A DNA stretch of 64,000 nt from Bacillota bacterium (GCA_023436065.1 JAEZKU010000005.1:12448-76447); one strand, 5' to 3'. Shown: positions 19,311 through 29,195, counted from the stretch's first letter. Notes: generated by a model not told the origin, from the sequence alone. Numbers and translations: made by a program.

Positions 19311-19447
19311 ATGTAAAAGATTAAAGTGTCAACAGCACCTGCGGTGCATTCCGGCTACAATTGATTGGATGAGCATCGTAGCACGACTGAGAGACACAGA
19401 GTAATAATAGAATATCAGGGACTGTTACAAAGCGTTCATTAAAAGTC

Positions 19448-19606
19448 AAGGTAAGGACAACAGGCATCCCATCATGCACTGTTTGACGGACAGACTGCCA
19501 ATTTTGTAAGGCAAAAAAGCAAGCAAATTTTTTGTTTGATTATGGCTTACAAAATGGCAGGATGTCCGGGAACCAGTGTATGAGGGATGCCTGTTATCCT
19601 TGCCTT
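19448..19606. repeat. Dispersed long-hairpin element, family A, copy 2
   Basis: Imperfect 159-nt inverted repeat homologous to the reverse complement of 4651-4820. Confidence 0.85.
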
Positions 19607-19639
19607 ATATAATTAATTTCTGCAATGGCCCCTGATATT

Positions 19640-21691
19640 CTATTTACTGTAACCCGGCAGCTGATTAACAGGAGCCTGGCAGCTGTGATTTTCACATATA
19701 TAATAGGTGGTACGATCATTGATCATTTTATAATCCTTAAGATATTCCACAACCCTCTGAAGTTCGGGGGAATTTTTTTCGGTCTGCACAAGGACATTGG
19801 TATTGGGCTCAAAGTGCTCAGCCAGATAATCATAAAGCTCGCGGCAATCCTCTTTGTCCTGGACAATGCAGACAATTTCCTTGGAGGGATATAAGGAAAG
19901 CAAAAAGGCTGCCATAGAGAAGCAATGGCCAATCGGATAGTCCTTCACCTGCCCGGACAGGAAACAAAGCTGTTTGTCAGCATACTCCAGCAGCCAGTCC
20001 TTGGTGGTGAGATTAGCCAGACGCTTCAGGGCGTAGCCGGCCACAGAGTTTCCGGAAGGAAGGGCTCCATCATAAATCTCCTTAGGACGGTAGATTAATT
20101 GTTCCGAGTCCTTGGCATTCAGGAAGAAGCCACCATATTTATCATCCCAGAACAGCTCTAGCATCTGTCCGGCAAGACGGACTGCGCGTTTGATATACTT
20201 CATATCAAACGTAACATCATATAAGGCAAGAAGAGCCATACAGTAATATGCGTAGTCGTCCAGATTACCGTAGTGGGCTGCGTTGCCGTCCCGATACCGT
20301 ACATAGAGACGGCCTGCTTCGTCTGTCAGGCGGGTATTCAGAAATTCCTCTGCCAACCTTGCTGTATCTGCATACTCTTTCTTGGAAAATACTTTGGCTG
20401 CCGTTGCATAGGCTGTAATCATCAGAGCATTCCAGGAGGTAAGGATTTTGTCATCCTTATGAATGCTTCTTCGATTAAGGCGGTAATCATACATGGTGGC
20501 ACAGAGCCTTACCACCTTCTCGTTATCAGACTTCAGTTCGTGTGCTTTAATCAGATTGGGGATGGAATAGCCTTCGAAATTACCCTCCTTGGTGATATCG
20601 AAATACTCGCAGAAGAAGGTGCCATCCTCCGGGCCAAGTACCTCTTTGATCTCCTCCGGGGTAAAGATATAGAATTTTCCCTCCACACCTTCACTGTCTG
20701 CATCCTGAGCAGAATAAAAACCGCCCTCTTTATCGGTCATTTCTCTGCTGACATATTCGAGTATCTGCTCGGCAACCGTCCTATAGACGGGATTTTTGGT
20801 GATCTGGTATGCCTCGGAATAGGTGATGGCAAGCATTGCATTGTCATAGAGCATCTTCTCGAAGTGAGGGACCAGCCACTTGGCATCAGTAGAATAACGG
20901 GCAAAGCCATAGCCGATATGGTCATAGATTCCGCCACGATACATATGCATCAGGGTATTCTCAACCATAAATAGCGCTTTTTCATCCGATTCCAGTGCCG
21001 CATAGCGAAGCAGGAACATCAGCTTATGCGGTGTCGGAAACTTTGGCTCATTACCGAAACCGCCATAATCATGGTCAAAGCACTGGTTTAACTGGGTGAC
21101 TGCAATATCGACGATATCCTTTGTAACAGGAGCACTATCGGAGGAAGCCTCGAATTCCCGCTTCATAATATCTGCAAGCTGATCTCCGGTACGCAGGATG
21201 GAGGAGGGATTTTTAGACCACTTCAAGGCAATCTGATCCAACAGTTCCACCAGCCCCAGAATTCCATACTGAGTATGCTTTGGAATATAGGTTGCTGCAT
21301 AGAATGGCTTCTGCTGCGGTGTCATCAATATAGTCAGCGGCCATCCGCCATGACCTGTCGTAGCCTGGCATGTATTCATATAGACTGTATCAATATCCGG
21401 ACGTTCTTCCTTATCCACCTTGATGCTGACAAAGGATTCATTCAGAATTGTTGCGACCTCCATGTCCTCAAAGGATTCATGTGCCATCACATGACACCAA
21501 TGACAGGTCGAATAACCGATGGACAGGAAAATTGGCTTGTTCTCCTTTTTGGCCTTTTCAAAGGCTTCCTCTCCCCAGGGATACCAGTCCACGGGATTGT
21601 AGGCGTGCTGGAGCAGGTAGGGAGATTTTTCTTCGGCTAATTTATTCGGGAGCCGGGTAGTGGGATGATCTGTTTTAGAATTTGTAAGCAT
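19640..21691 (-). CDS. YyaL/SSP411 thioredoxin-domain (DUF255) six-hairpin protein
   Basis: [33 protein letters not shown]; start moved to ATG 21691. Confidence 0.93.
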   Translation of the reverse strand: MLTNSKTDHPTTRLPNKLAEEKSPYLLQHAYNPVDWYPWGEEAFEKAKKENKPIFLSIGYSTCHWCHVMAHESFEDMEVATILNESFVSIKVDKEERPDIDTVYMNTCQATTGHGGWPLTILMTPQQKPFYAATYIPKHTQYGILGLVELLDQIALKWSKNPSSILRTGDQLADIMKREFEASSDSAPVTKDIVDIAVTQLNQCFDHDYGGFGNEPKFPTPHKLMFLLRYAALESDEKALFMVENTLMHMYRGGIYDHIGYGFARYSTDAKWLVPHFEKMLYDNAMLAITYSEAYQITKNPVYRTVAEQILEYVSREMTDKEGGFYSAQDADSEGVEGKFYIFTPEEIKEVLGPEDGTFFCEYFDITKEGNFEGYSIPNLIKAHELKSDNEKVVRLCATMYDYRLNRRSIHKDDKILTSWNALMITAYATAAKVFSKKEYADTARLAEEFLNTRLTDEAGRLYVRYRDGNAAHYGNLDDYAYYCMALLALYDVTFDMKYIKRAVRLAGQMLELFWDDKYGGFFLNAKDSEQLIYRPKEIYDGALPSGNSVAGYALKRLANLTTKDWLLEYADKQLCFLSGQVKDYPIGHCFSMAAFLLSLYPSKEIVCIVQDKEDCRELYDYLAEHFEPNTNVLVQTEKNSPELQRVVEYLKDYKMINDRTTYYICENHSCQAPVNQLPGYSK

Positions 21692-21842
21692 AGATAGCAC
21701 TCCTTATGGTTTAATTAAGATCAAATAAACTTACTTAATTATTATGCCAATAAGGAGTGGAGATTATTAGATAATGTTTGTTAAGTTACTTCAATACCTT
21801 TATCACTTAACCCAGATTTTTAGAGTAGGCATTTCAAATACT

Positions 21843-21872
21843 TCAATGTATTTTATATTTTTTTTCCGCCAT
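21843..21872 (-). pseudogene. Possible remnant of a RelE/ParE-type toxin start (MAEKKYKIH-stop)
   Basis: ATG with an AGGGAG RBS overlaps the antitoxin 3' end; stop after 9 codons. Confidence 0.4.
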
Positions 21873-22122
21873 TTATTCTCTCCCTTACTCTGGTAAAGGT
21901 TTCATCTGGATTATATCTGGTATCATCTTGTGCAGCCATTTTATCTGCCTCATCTAATTTGAGCTCAATATCGTCTGTTAATTGGGCATACTTCTCAAGG
22001 CTCATAACAACCATAGAACCATAACCATTCTTAGTTAAATAAACAGGCTCTCCCTCACGAACGATATTTTCTATCTCCGGAAATTTATTTCTTAAATCTG
22101 ACACAGGTCTTATATTTATCAT
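21853..22122 (-). CDS. Phd/YefM-family antitoxin
   Basis: IRPVSDLRN...GEPVYLTKNG-G-MVVMS-E-Y. Confidence 0.88.
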   Translation of the reverse strand: MINIRPVSDLRNKFPEIENIVREGEPVYLTKNGYGSMVVMSLEKYAQLTDDIELKLDEADKMAAQDDTRYNPDETFTRVRERINGGKKI

Positions 22123-22285
22123 GTTATCTGCTCCTTATCAATATATTATCATAATATTATCATAGTATTATTGTAAGGAAATGTTCAGTTGGTGTCAATA
22201 TAAATATACATAAACCAGATCAAGGGATTGTAGTTTATGGATCACTAGGTAAGAGGGAAATTTTACGTCCATTAGGCTTAATTGT

Positions 22286-23065
22286 TTATTTGTAATAATC
22301 GAAGGTAACAAAAGGATTTTTATATCGCCCTTTTTTCATTGTATATTTAGAATATTGTATTGCCTGCTTAGGACATAGATTAATGCATGCGGTACACTGT
22401 TCACATTGATGTAACCAGACAGGCTTATGATCTGTGATCTCTATATTTTTCACAGGACATACTTTCTCACAGGTGTGACAACCAACACAAGCATCATTAA
22501 CCCAGAAATTCTTGTCCGCATTTGGGTATGATTTTATGATGCAGTTATGAAGCAATTCGGTCAATAAATATCGTTTTATTATAGATTTGCTTTGAAATTG
22601 ATTGGTTTGATTATGATTGATAACCGAAGCTATCTCATCTAATTGTGTTCTCATATTTCTGAATTTCAATTGCTGAACATCATCGGCTTCTGTATCGTAA
22701 TAAATAATGTTATTTCCAGGCATACCTACAATGAAACCGGAAGAAAGACTCAAATTCATGTGTTTCAATCTGGTATGCAATTGATTTAATACAGCTCCGG
22801 GTGATACCTTACAGGTTGCGATAGCAAAGATATATTGGTTGGGATTAATATGACCGAACTTCTGTAGGAATCTGTCTACGACAGGTGGAAGCCCCCAAAT
22901 AAGTACGGGAAATACCAGACCTATTCGATCATTGGATGAAGCTATCTCTTGTTTTTCTGCATCCAATATAGATACCACTTTTGTATTACCGAGTTTATCA
23001 GCTAATTGCTGTGCAACATTTAAGGAATTGCCTGTAGCTGAATAATAATAAATAATTGTACTCAT
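22286..23065 (-). CDS. EFR1-family flavodoxin-ferredoxin fusion
   Basis: YYSATGNS flavodoxin loop and two CxxCxxCxxxCP motifs. Confidence 0.9.
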   Translation of the reverse strand: MSTIIYYYSATGNSLNVAQQLADKLGNTKVVSILDAEKQEIASSNDRIGLVFPVLIWGLPPVVDRFLQKFGHINPNQYIFAIATCKVSPGAVLNQLHTRLKHMNLSLSSGFIVGMPGNNIIYYDTEADDVQQLKFRNMRTQLDEIASVINHNQTNQFQSKSIIKRYLLTELLHNCIIKSYPNADKNFWVNDACVGCHTCEKVCPVKNIEITDHKPVWLHQCEQCTACINLCPKQAIQYSKYTMKKGRYKNPFVTFDYYK

Positions 23066-23201
23066 ATACTCTTACACTACCCTTCAATTTTTTTATTTAC
23101 TTAAAATAAGAAATACTATATGCTAAATATAACAAAAACTGGAGAATTGAAAAGTAGGCACATGTAAGTAAGATACTATAACAAAGGAGAGTATTGCAGG
23201 T

Positions 23202-23537
23202 ATGCTGGTTTATGAAAAAGAATATGGAACATGTCCGATTGAATATACTTTGAGTATTATGGGTGGAAAATGGAAGCTTTTAATTTTGTACCATTTAATG
23301 ACCGGAAACGTAAAAAGATATGGAGAATTAAAACGGAGTATTACCGGTATTACACATAAAATGTTAAGCGCACACCTAAAGGAGCTTGAAAATGACGGAA
23401 TAGTTCTTCGTAAGGAGTATCCTCAGGTGCCTCCGAAGGTTGAATATTCTATCACCTATAAAGGAGCGACATTGCTGCCGATATTCGCGAAGATGTATGA
23501 ATGGGGCAAAGTGAATATGGGAGGGGAAGCATCATGA
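23202..23537 (+). CDS. HxlR-family regulator
   Basis: CP-E-TL-I-GGKWK...YPQVPPKVEYS-T. Confidence 0.92.
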   Translation: MLVYEKEYGTCPIEYTLSIMGGKWKLLILYHLMTGNVKRYGELKRSITGITHKMLSAHLKELENDGIVLRKEYPQVPPKVEYSITYKGATLLPIFAKMYEWGKVNMGGEAS

Positions 23538-23858
23538 TACGAGAAATAAGAACAGGTAGTGATGAAACAATTCTGGAGAAAGAGGATACGAATGGGCTGG
23601 GAAGAGTGATATTAAGTCATCCAATCGGTACATTTTCTTTAACACCGGCAAGCTATATTCTTATGGAGGCTATCGGTAAAAATAAAGATATATTAAATGG
23701 TATTGGTATTAAAGGGAGGTTTTGACTACACATTTTTAGCAGATAGAAGCGATGATAATAATGTAATCAATGCGCGCACCGCACTTGACAATTACATGAA
23801 AAATGGAGTAAGCCCTTTGACAAAATGGCAGACTCATATGTTTAAATATATAGGATAA
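23534..23858 (+). pseudogene. Disrupted gene (possibly a methyltransferase) with N- and C-terminal pieces out of frame
   Basis: ATGA coupling to hxlR; first frame ends at 23725; a second frame 23697-23858 reads GGFDYTFL...SPLTKWQTHMFKYIG. Confidence 0.45.
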
Positions 23859-23909
23859 ATATATTTTCGATACATAAGGGAGAGCGCACCAGGTGACAGG
23901 TAAGTATAC

Positions 23910-23935
23910 AAAAAGCAAGGAGAAGCCTTGCTTTT
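23910..23935 (-). terminator. Terminator of the P450 gene
   Basis: AAAAGCAAGG-AGAAG-CCTTGCTTTT. Confidence 0.65.
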
Positions 23936-23947
23936 GTTTTAAGAACA

Positions 23948-25207
23948 CTATATCTTTGGTTTAACATTACTGATGATGAAGCCACTTTCCGGTAAGGTTG
24001 GGATTCGATCCATAGGATAGCTCAGGGTCTGTTTGGGAACGGTATAGGTGATCTTGTTCACCAGAAAATCGATACTCTTCTTCATGAGCTCCACTGTAAT
24101 TCCTTCTCCCGGGCAACGGTGTGTCTTGTCTGCAGCTCCTCCGCCCTGTGGTATAAAGGAATATAGATTCCCCTTCCAATTGCGGAACCTCTCTGGCTCG
24201 AATTCAAAGGGATCCTCCCAGATTCGGACATCGTGATTGGTTCCGTAAATATCTAATAATACCAGGGTTCCCTTCGAAAAATAGTACTCCTTCCATACAA
24301 AATCCTTCTTAACCCTGCCTGCCAACAGAGGAGCAAAGGGGTAGTAGCGGCGGACCTCCTGGGTGAACATATCATAATAATGACTATCTGAAGCTCTGAG
24401 CTTATCCAGGCATTCGGGATATTGATGCAGTGCCAGTGCGGCAAAAGTAATAAAGGTCGATATGGCGACAATCGGGCGCAGCAGATTGATCAGTTCAATT
24501 GCAGCCATGTTGATTGCGATCGGTGCCCCGTCATATTCCCTGTGAAAAGACATACTGTGAAGGGCTGTCCCGCCCTCGACCGATAAAGTGCCTGAACGAA
24601 CCTCTTCGATCAGACCTGCAATCCATTGTTCTGCCCGGTTTCTTGCATTCTTTCCTTTAAAATATCTTGTGCCGATCGATCCGAAACCATCCACCATAGC
24701 GCAGAAATCCTCTGCCCTGCTTTGCAGCTCAGACTTAGCCAAGGGTACACCGGCCCACTCACAGGCTGTCTCACATAATACCTTAGCCGCTTCGTCGTAT
24801 AGAACAATCTGATCCATGGATCTCCATTCTCGTAAGGCAGCCTCCCATTTGTTTATAATAAGTTCTGACAAACGTTTCTGATGCTCCGGAGCTGTTAAGG
24901 ACAGAAAAAGCTGCTTTCTGTGGAGATGTGCCTTTCCGTCCATACATTGAATGGCATTCTCCCCGAATAAGGTCTTCTGAACATGCTTAGGTGCTGCACC
25001 GTTTTTCATAAACCGCTCCGGATCATAAAAAACAGCGGCAGCCTCTTCCCCGGTCATACAGACAACCTTTTCGCCGAGCAGACGGGTTTCAAATATATCT
25101 GAATGAAATTGTTTCACTCTGTTACGGATAAACAGATATCCTTCTTGCATAAATGCCATGGTGTGGTCAATACCATTTTCCTTAGCTACCTGTTCTTTTA
25201 CAAGCAT
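23948..25207 (-). CDS. Cytochrome P450, CYP152 fatty-acid peroxygenase type
   Basis: I-helix Arg-Pro (NLLRPIVA), EVRRYYPF, PERF, haem ligand HRCPGE. Confidence 0.9.
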   Translation of the reverse strand: MLVKEQVAKENGIDHTMAFMQEGYLFIRNRVKQFHSDIFETRLLGEKVVCMTGEEAAAVFYDPERFMKNGAAPKHVQKTLFGENAIQCMDGKAHLHRKQLFLSLTAPEHQKRLSELIINKWEAALREWRSMDQIVLYDEAAKVLCETACEWAGVPLAKSELQSRAEDFCAMVDGFGSIGTRYFKGKNARNRAEQWIAGLIEEVRSGTLSVEGGTALHSMSFHREYDGAPIAINMAAIELINLLRPIVAISTFITFAALALHQYPECLDKLRASDSHYYDMFTQEVRRYYPFAPLLAGRVKKDFVWKEYYFSKGTLVLLDIYGTNHDVRIWEDPFEFEPERFRNWKGNLYSFIPQGGGAADKTHRCPGEGITVELMKKSIDFLVNKITYTVPKQTLSYPMDRIPTLPESGFIISNVKPKI

Positions 25208-25287
25208 TTTATTTTCTCCCTTCGTTTTGTCATAGTTCTATCTGCCAGTATTTTTGCTTAGTTGATGAAAGATTATACTTGAACCGG

Positions 25288-26577
25288 TCATATTATCTTT
25301 TCTATCTCATACTGAGAATTTATTACCAGCCATAATTGTGGGCTATAGACAGTAATATTCCAGATACCGATACCACGTAGCTGATACTTGATTACCAAAT
25401 CAAGCAGGGCATTGATACTCCGTACATCGATAAACCAGACAATGTGCGTGATATTGATTCCGTTCCTTTCCGCTACGTAGGTATAGAAGGGCGTCTGGGA
25501 GATTTCATCAAATTGAATCTCCGAACCTGTGATATATGCAAGATCAACAGCTCTTTCAAGAGTCAGAGAATATACACTCGTTAGGCCCGGGGAAAAAGGG
25601 AGCTCCCAGTCGTATCCGATGGTTGCCATACCGATAATCTCTTTCTCGGAGGAGAAATAATTGTTAACATAATCTATAAAGGCATCGATGTTATAAATTG
25701 AGCTGATCGGAGATGGGGGATTAATGTTGATTGCCCATTCATAATCCATAAAAATGATATTGGAGGAGAACTGATTTAGCATAGTATAATTTAGCCTTTC
25801 AAAGCTTACTTCTGTGCCAGTACTGGTAATATGGGTATTCACCGTAACAAAGACTTTGTAGCCATGCTGGGTCAATTGCTCTGATACTCTGGTAAAGTAA
25901 CCTTCATAAAGATATAAATTTTCTGCATTGATAGACTCAAAGGATAAATTGACACCAAAGTAACCCTTCGTGTCCAGAATATTTAAGATATTTTCAATCT
26001 GTTTGTTCTGAAAATCCTCGTTTAATAAGATATCGTATGTGGTGCCGATATTGGCGATTCCCCGTATGGTTAAGGTTGTCAATATCATCAGCGGCATGAC
26101 ACCGTATTCTTTGGCGGTTTGGATCACATCAGATTCGTCGTAATTGGAGATGATGTTCCCTTCCTTTGTCGCAGTATAATTCAATATGGAAAGATAGGTC
26201 AGATAGGGCAAGGTCATTCGCAGTGTTTCAAGATTGATAAAGGGAACGGTATTACCGTGTGTTGTTATTTTACCCTTTCGATTATAATTGATCACAAGTG
26301 TTTCACCCGGAAAGATGTATTCTCTGATGGACAGGAAGGGGTTATTCCTATATAACTGCATTACAGTAACATGATTTGCTTCAGCGATTGCTTCCAAAGT
26401 ATCCCCTTCCTGAACAATATAAACCTGAGTCGGAAATGTGATAACGATACATTGTCCTATGGCTAATTGTGTCGGATTATCTAATCCGTTATCCAGTGCC
26501 AATCTGGCAGCTGACACACCATAGTATACTGCAATGGACTCTATGGTATCGCCTTGTTGTACTACATGAATGATCAT
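25288..26577 (-). CDS. LysM(2)-GH18 spore peptidoglycan protein (YaaH/YdhD-like)
   Basis: Two HVV/YIV-xGDT LysM repeats, GYDW-LP, HIVWF-D-RS, GIGIW; start moved to ATG 26577. Confidence 0.85.
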   Translation of the reverse strand: MIIHVVQQGDTIESIAVYYGVSAARLALDNGLDNPTQLAIGQCIVITFPTQVYIVQEGDTLEAIAEANHVTVMQLYRNNPFLSIREYIFPGETLVINYNRKGKITTHGNTVPFINLETLRMTLPYLTYLSILNYTATKEGNIISNYDESDVIQTAKEYGVMPLMILTTLTIRGIANIGTTYDILLNEDFQNKQIENILNILDTKGYFGVNLSFESINAENLYLYEGYFTRVSEQLTQHGYKVFVTVNTHITSTGTEVSFERLNYTMLNQFSSNIIFMDYEWAININPPSPISSIYNIDAFIDYVNNYFSSEKEIIGMATIGYDWELPFSPGLTSVYSLTLERAVDLAYITGSEIQFDEISQTPFYTYVAERNGINITHIVWFIDVRSINALLDLVIKYQLRGIGIWNITVYSPQLWLVINSQYEIEKII

Positions 26578-26649
26578 AGATGCCTCATAAAGTGTTTTTA
26601 TATAATATATGACCTGTTCGGGTAAATATTTAGTAATAGAAGAAAACAT

Positions 26650-26696
26650 AAAAATAGCATACCCGCAACTCCGAATAGAATGTATGGGTATGCTAT
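26650..26696 (-). terminator. Terminator of the LysR gene
   Basis: ATAGCATACCC...GGGTATGCTAT with a T-tract on the minus strand. Confidence 0.65.
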
Positions 26697-26699
26697 CGT

Positions 26700-27596
26700 T
26701 TACTTCAGCTCCGAAAATACGCTTCGGAGTACCTCGATGAATTTTTCTATTGTTATCGAATTATTCTTATCCTTACTATAAATCAGATTGTACGGGTAGC
26801 TATAGCTGCAGGTCTTAACGTTCAATTCTGTCAGCAAACCAATCTCAACTTCAGATTTGACGGCACAGTATGGTATGAGTGAAATACCCAGATTTGCCTG
26901 AATGGCGTGCTTGATGGCCTCAATACTTCCAAGATACATACTGATATTTTTAGGCAGATGGTTTTCCTCGATGAAGATTTTATAACAGGAGTATAATTGG
27001 GAGGTCTTTTCATGTACGATAAATTCTTCGGCAGCAAGATCTTTTATATCCACCTTTTTTTTGGAGCTTAGCTTGTTCGAAGGGGAAGCAATTACTGCCA
27101 AACGATCGTCAAATAATTTCTCTACATAGGTTGAATTACTGTAGATGCAATCGCCGCCATTCACTGCAATATCGAGAGTGCCATTCTCAATCAGGGTAGT
27201 AATTTCGGATGTATTGGCGATATGCATATTAACTGTAACCGTCGGATATAATTTTTTCATCACACCGATCGCATTGGGAAGAATATAAGTTCCGGGTGTA
27301 TTGCTGCCTCCGAAGGCAATCGTTCCGCCAATATATTCACTCAGATTGGAAATATTACGCTCCATTTCTTCCACTGTTGCGAAAATCTTACTGGTATAGG
27401 AATAAAGGATATTTCCACTGTCACTCAGCATAATCTTGTTACCCACCTTAAAAAACAGCTTGGTATTTATCTGTTGTTCCAGCTTTTTGATCTGGATGGA
27501 TAGGGCGGGCTGGCTGATGTGCAGATACTCCGAGGCTTTCTTATAACTGGAATATTTAGCGACAGTATGAAAAAGCTCTAGATAATGTAAATCCAT
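26700..27596 (-). CDS. LysR-family regulator
   Basis: L-ISQPALS-QIKKLE HTH; 298 aa; divergent from the decarboxylase genes. Confidence 0.93.
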   Translation of the reverse strand: MDLHYLELFHTVAKYSSYKKASEYLHISQPALSIQIKKLEQQINTKLFFKVGNKIMLSDSGNILYSYTSKIFATVEEMERNISNLSEYIGGTIAFGGSNTPGTYILPNAIGVMKKLYPTVTVNMHIANTSEITTLIENGTLDIAVNGGDCIYSNSTYVEKLFDDRLAVIASPSNKLSSKKKVDIKDLAAEEFIVHEKTSQLYSCYKIFIEENHLPKNISMYLGSIEAIKHAIQANLGISLIPYCAVKSEVEIGLLTELNVKTCSYSYPYNLIYSKDKNNSITIEKFIEVLRSVFSELK

Positions 27597-27734
27597 ATGA
27601 CACCTCTGGTTATATATGTAAAAACGTTAGTTTTGTTTATCGGTTCTATTTATATAATAAATTGGCTTGTTGCTGCAATTTCATGTACCATATACACTGA
27701 GTTAAATTTTTATCAATCTACGGGAGGCGTTAAA

Positions 27735-27872
27735 ATGACGGCAGATATATTATTATCACTCAAGGTTTTTGGTGTTGGATTTGCTATTTCCATGTGTATC
27801 GCAATGTTGATTAAATTGTTACTTGATGCTATTAAACACTTTACTCGAAATAGTAATGAAATTCAAGAATAA
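27735..27872 (+). CDS. Small single-TM protein, OadG/gamma-subunit-like (45 aa)
   Basis: ATG behind GGGAGG; one hydrophobic helix; directly upstream of the beta subunit. Confidence 0.6.
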   Translation: MTADILLSLKVFGVGFAISMCIAMLIKLLLDAIKHFTRNSNEIQE

Positions 27873-27914
27873 TTTTTCTCGTTTACAATAAAGAACAGGA
27901 AGTAGGTATTTAAA

Positions 27915-29117
27915 ATGAATTTATTAGATTTATTTCAGGGAATAGGGACCATGTTTATTCAGGATCCCCAGATAGTAATAGGACGTATAGTACTTATATT
28001 GTTTGGTGTTTTACTTGTGTACCTGGGAGCAAAGGAAATATTAGAGCCCTTGATTATGATACCGATGGGACTTGGCATGTCGGCAGTCAATGCCGGAGTA
28101 CTTTTTACAGGGGCAACCTCAGTAGGTAATCTTTTTATCGATCCTATGGTTTCTCAGACAGATGAATTAATGAATGTATTACAAATTGATTTCCTTCAGC
28201 CGATCTATACCTTTACCTTCAGTAATGGTTTGATTGCTTGTCTGGTATTTATGGGTATTGGTGTCATCTGTGATGTCGGCATGGTGCTGGCACATCCTTT
28301 TATCGGTATGTTTATCGCTATGTTTGCCGAACTGGGTACTGTAGCAACCTTTCCGATTGCCCGCGCTCTGGGCTTAACCAGCGGTGAAGCTGCAGCGGTT
28401 TCTATCATTGGTGGTGCAGATGGACCGATGGTTCTCTTTACCTCATTAACCCTGGCGAAGAATTTATTTGTTCCGATTACGATTGTTGCTTATCTTTACC
28501 TAAGCTTAACTTATGGTTTATATCCTTTCCTGGTAAGGTTTATGATACCCAAAAACTTAAGGGGTAAGGTAATTATTCAGAAAAACAAAAAGTCGGACCG
28601 AATTACCTCTAAGGAAAAGCTTATTTTTGCAGTAGTTGCAAATACCCTGCTGTGCTTATTGTTCCCTGTGGCAGCACCGTTGTTCTTAAGCTTCTTTATC
28701 GGTATTGCCATTCGTGAATCAGGAATAGAAAAATACATAAGATTGATTGAAGAAGTATTCCTTTATGGAGCAACCTTCTTCCTTGGTTTGATGTTAGGTG
28801 TACTTTGTGATGCAAAGACCATCCTTGATCCTAAGATTCTGGTTTTATTATTATTAGGCTTACTCGCACTGTTACTTTCCGGAATCGGCGGTATTATCGG
28901 TGGTTATCTGGTATACTTCTTCACCAAAGGAAACTTTAATCCGACGGTCGGTATAGCAGGTGTATCCTGTGTTCCGACGACAGCGAAGGTTTCCCAGAAA
29001 GAGGTTTCTAAGATTAATAAAATGAGTTTTGTTATGGAATATGCACTTAGTGCCAACATCTGCGGTGTCATCACAACCGCGATTTTAACAGGTATTTATA
29101 TTACATTTCTTGCTTAA
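27915..29117 (+). CDS. Na+-translocating decarboxylase beta subunit (MadB-like)
   Basis: LEPLIMIPMG, IIGGADGPM, GIAGVSCVPTTAK; multi-TM; 400 aa. Confidence 0.9.
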   Translation: MNLLDLFQGIGTMFIQDPQIVIGRIVLILFGVLLVYLGAKEILEPLIMIPMGLGMSAVNAGVLFTGATSVGNLFIDPMVSQTDELMNVLQIDFLQPIYTFTFSNGLIACLVFMGIGVICDVGMVLAHPFIGMFIAMFAELGTVATFPIARALGLTSGEAAAVSIIGGADGPMVLFTSLTLAKNLFVPITIVAYLYLSLTYGLYPFLVRFMIPKNLRGKVIIQKNKKSDRITSKEKLIFAVVANTLLCLLFPVAAPLFLSFFIGIAIRESGIEKYIRLIEEVFLYGATFFLGLMLGVLCDAKTILDPKILVLLLLGLLALLLSGIGGIIGGYLVYFFTKGNFNPTVGIAGVSCVPTTAKVSQKEVSKINKMSFVMEYALSANICGVITTAILTGIYITFLA

Positions 29118-29139
29118 ACCTTAGACTTGTAAGAAAGAT

Positions 29140-29189
29140 AAAAGAGGCTGATGCAAATTATTCTTTGAAATTTGCATCAGCCTCTTTTT
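29140..29189. terminator. Bidirectional terminator (short palindrome family)
   Basis: AAAAGAGGCTGATGCAAATT...AATTTGCATCAGCCTCTTTT. Confidence 0.8.
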
Positions 29190-29195
29190 GGCCTC

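Noticed and set aside
20273..20974. 233-aa plus-strand ORF and similar antisense ORFs (e.g. 1883-2497, 58779-59339, 38137-38622)
   Set aside because: They lie entirely opposite well-supported genes and show no recognisable motifs; shadow ORFs.
23736..23948. 70-aa minus-strand ORF after the P450
   Set aside because: It crosses the P450 terminator and is antisense to the pseudogene fragment.
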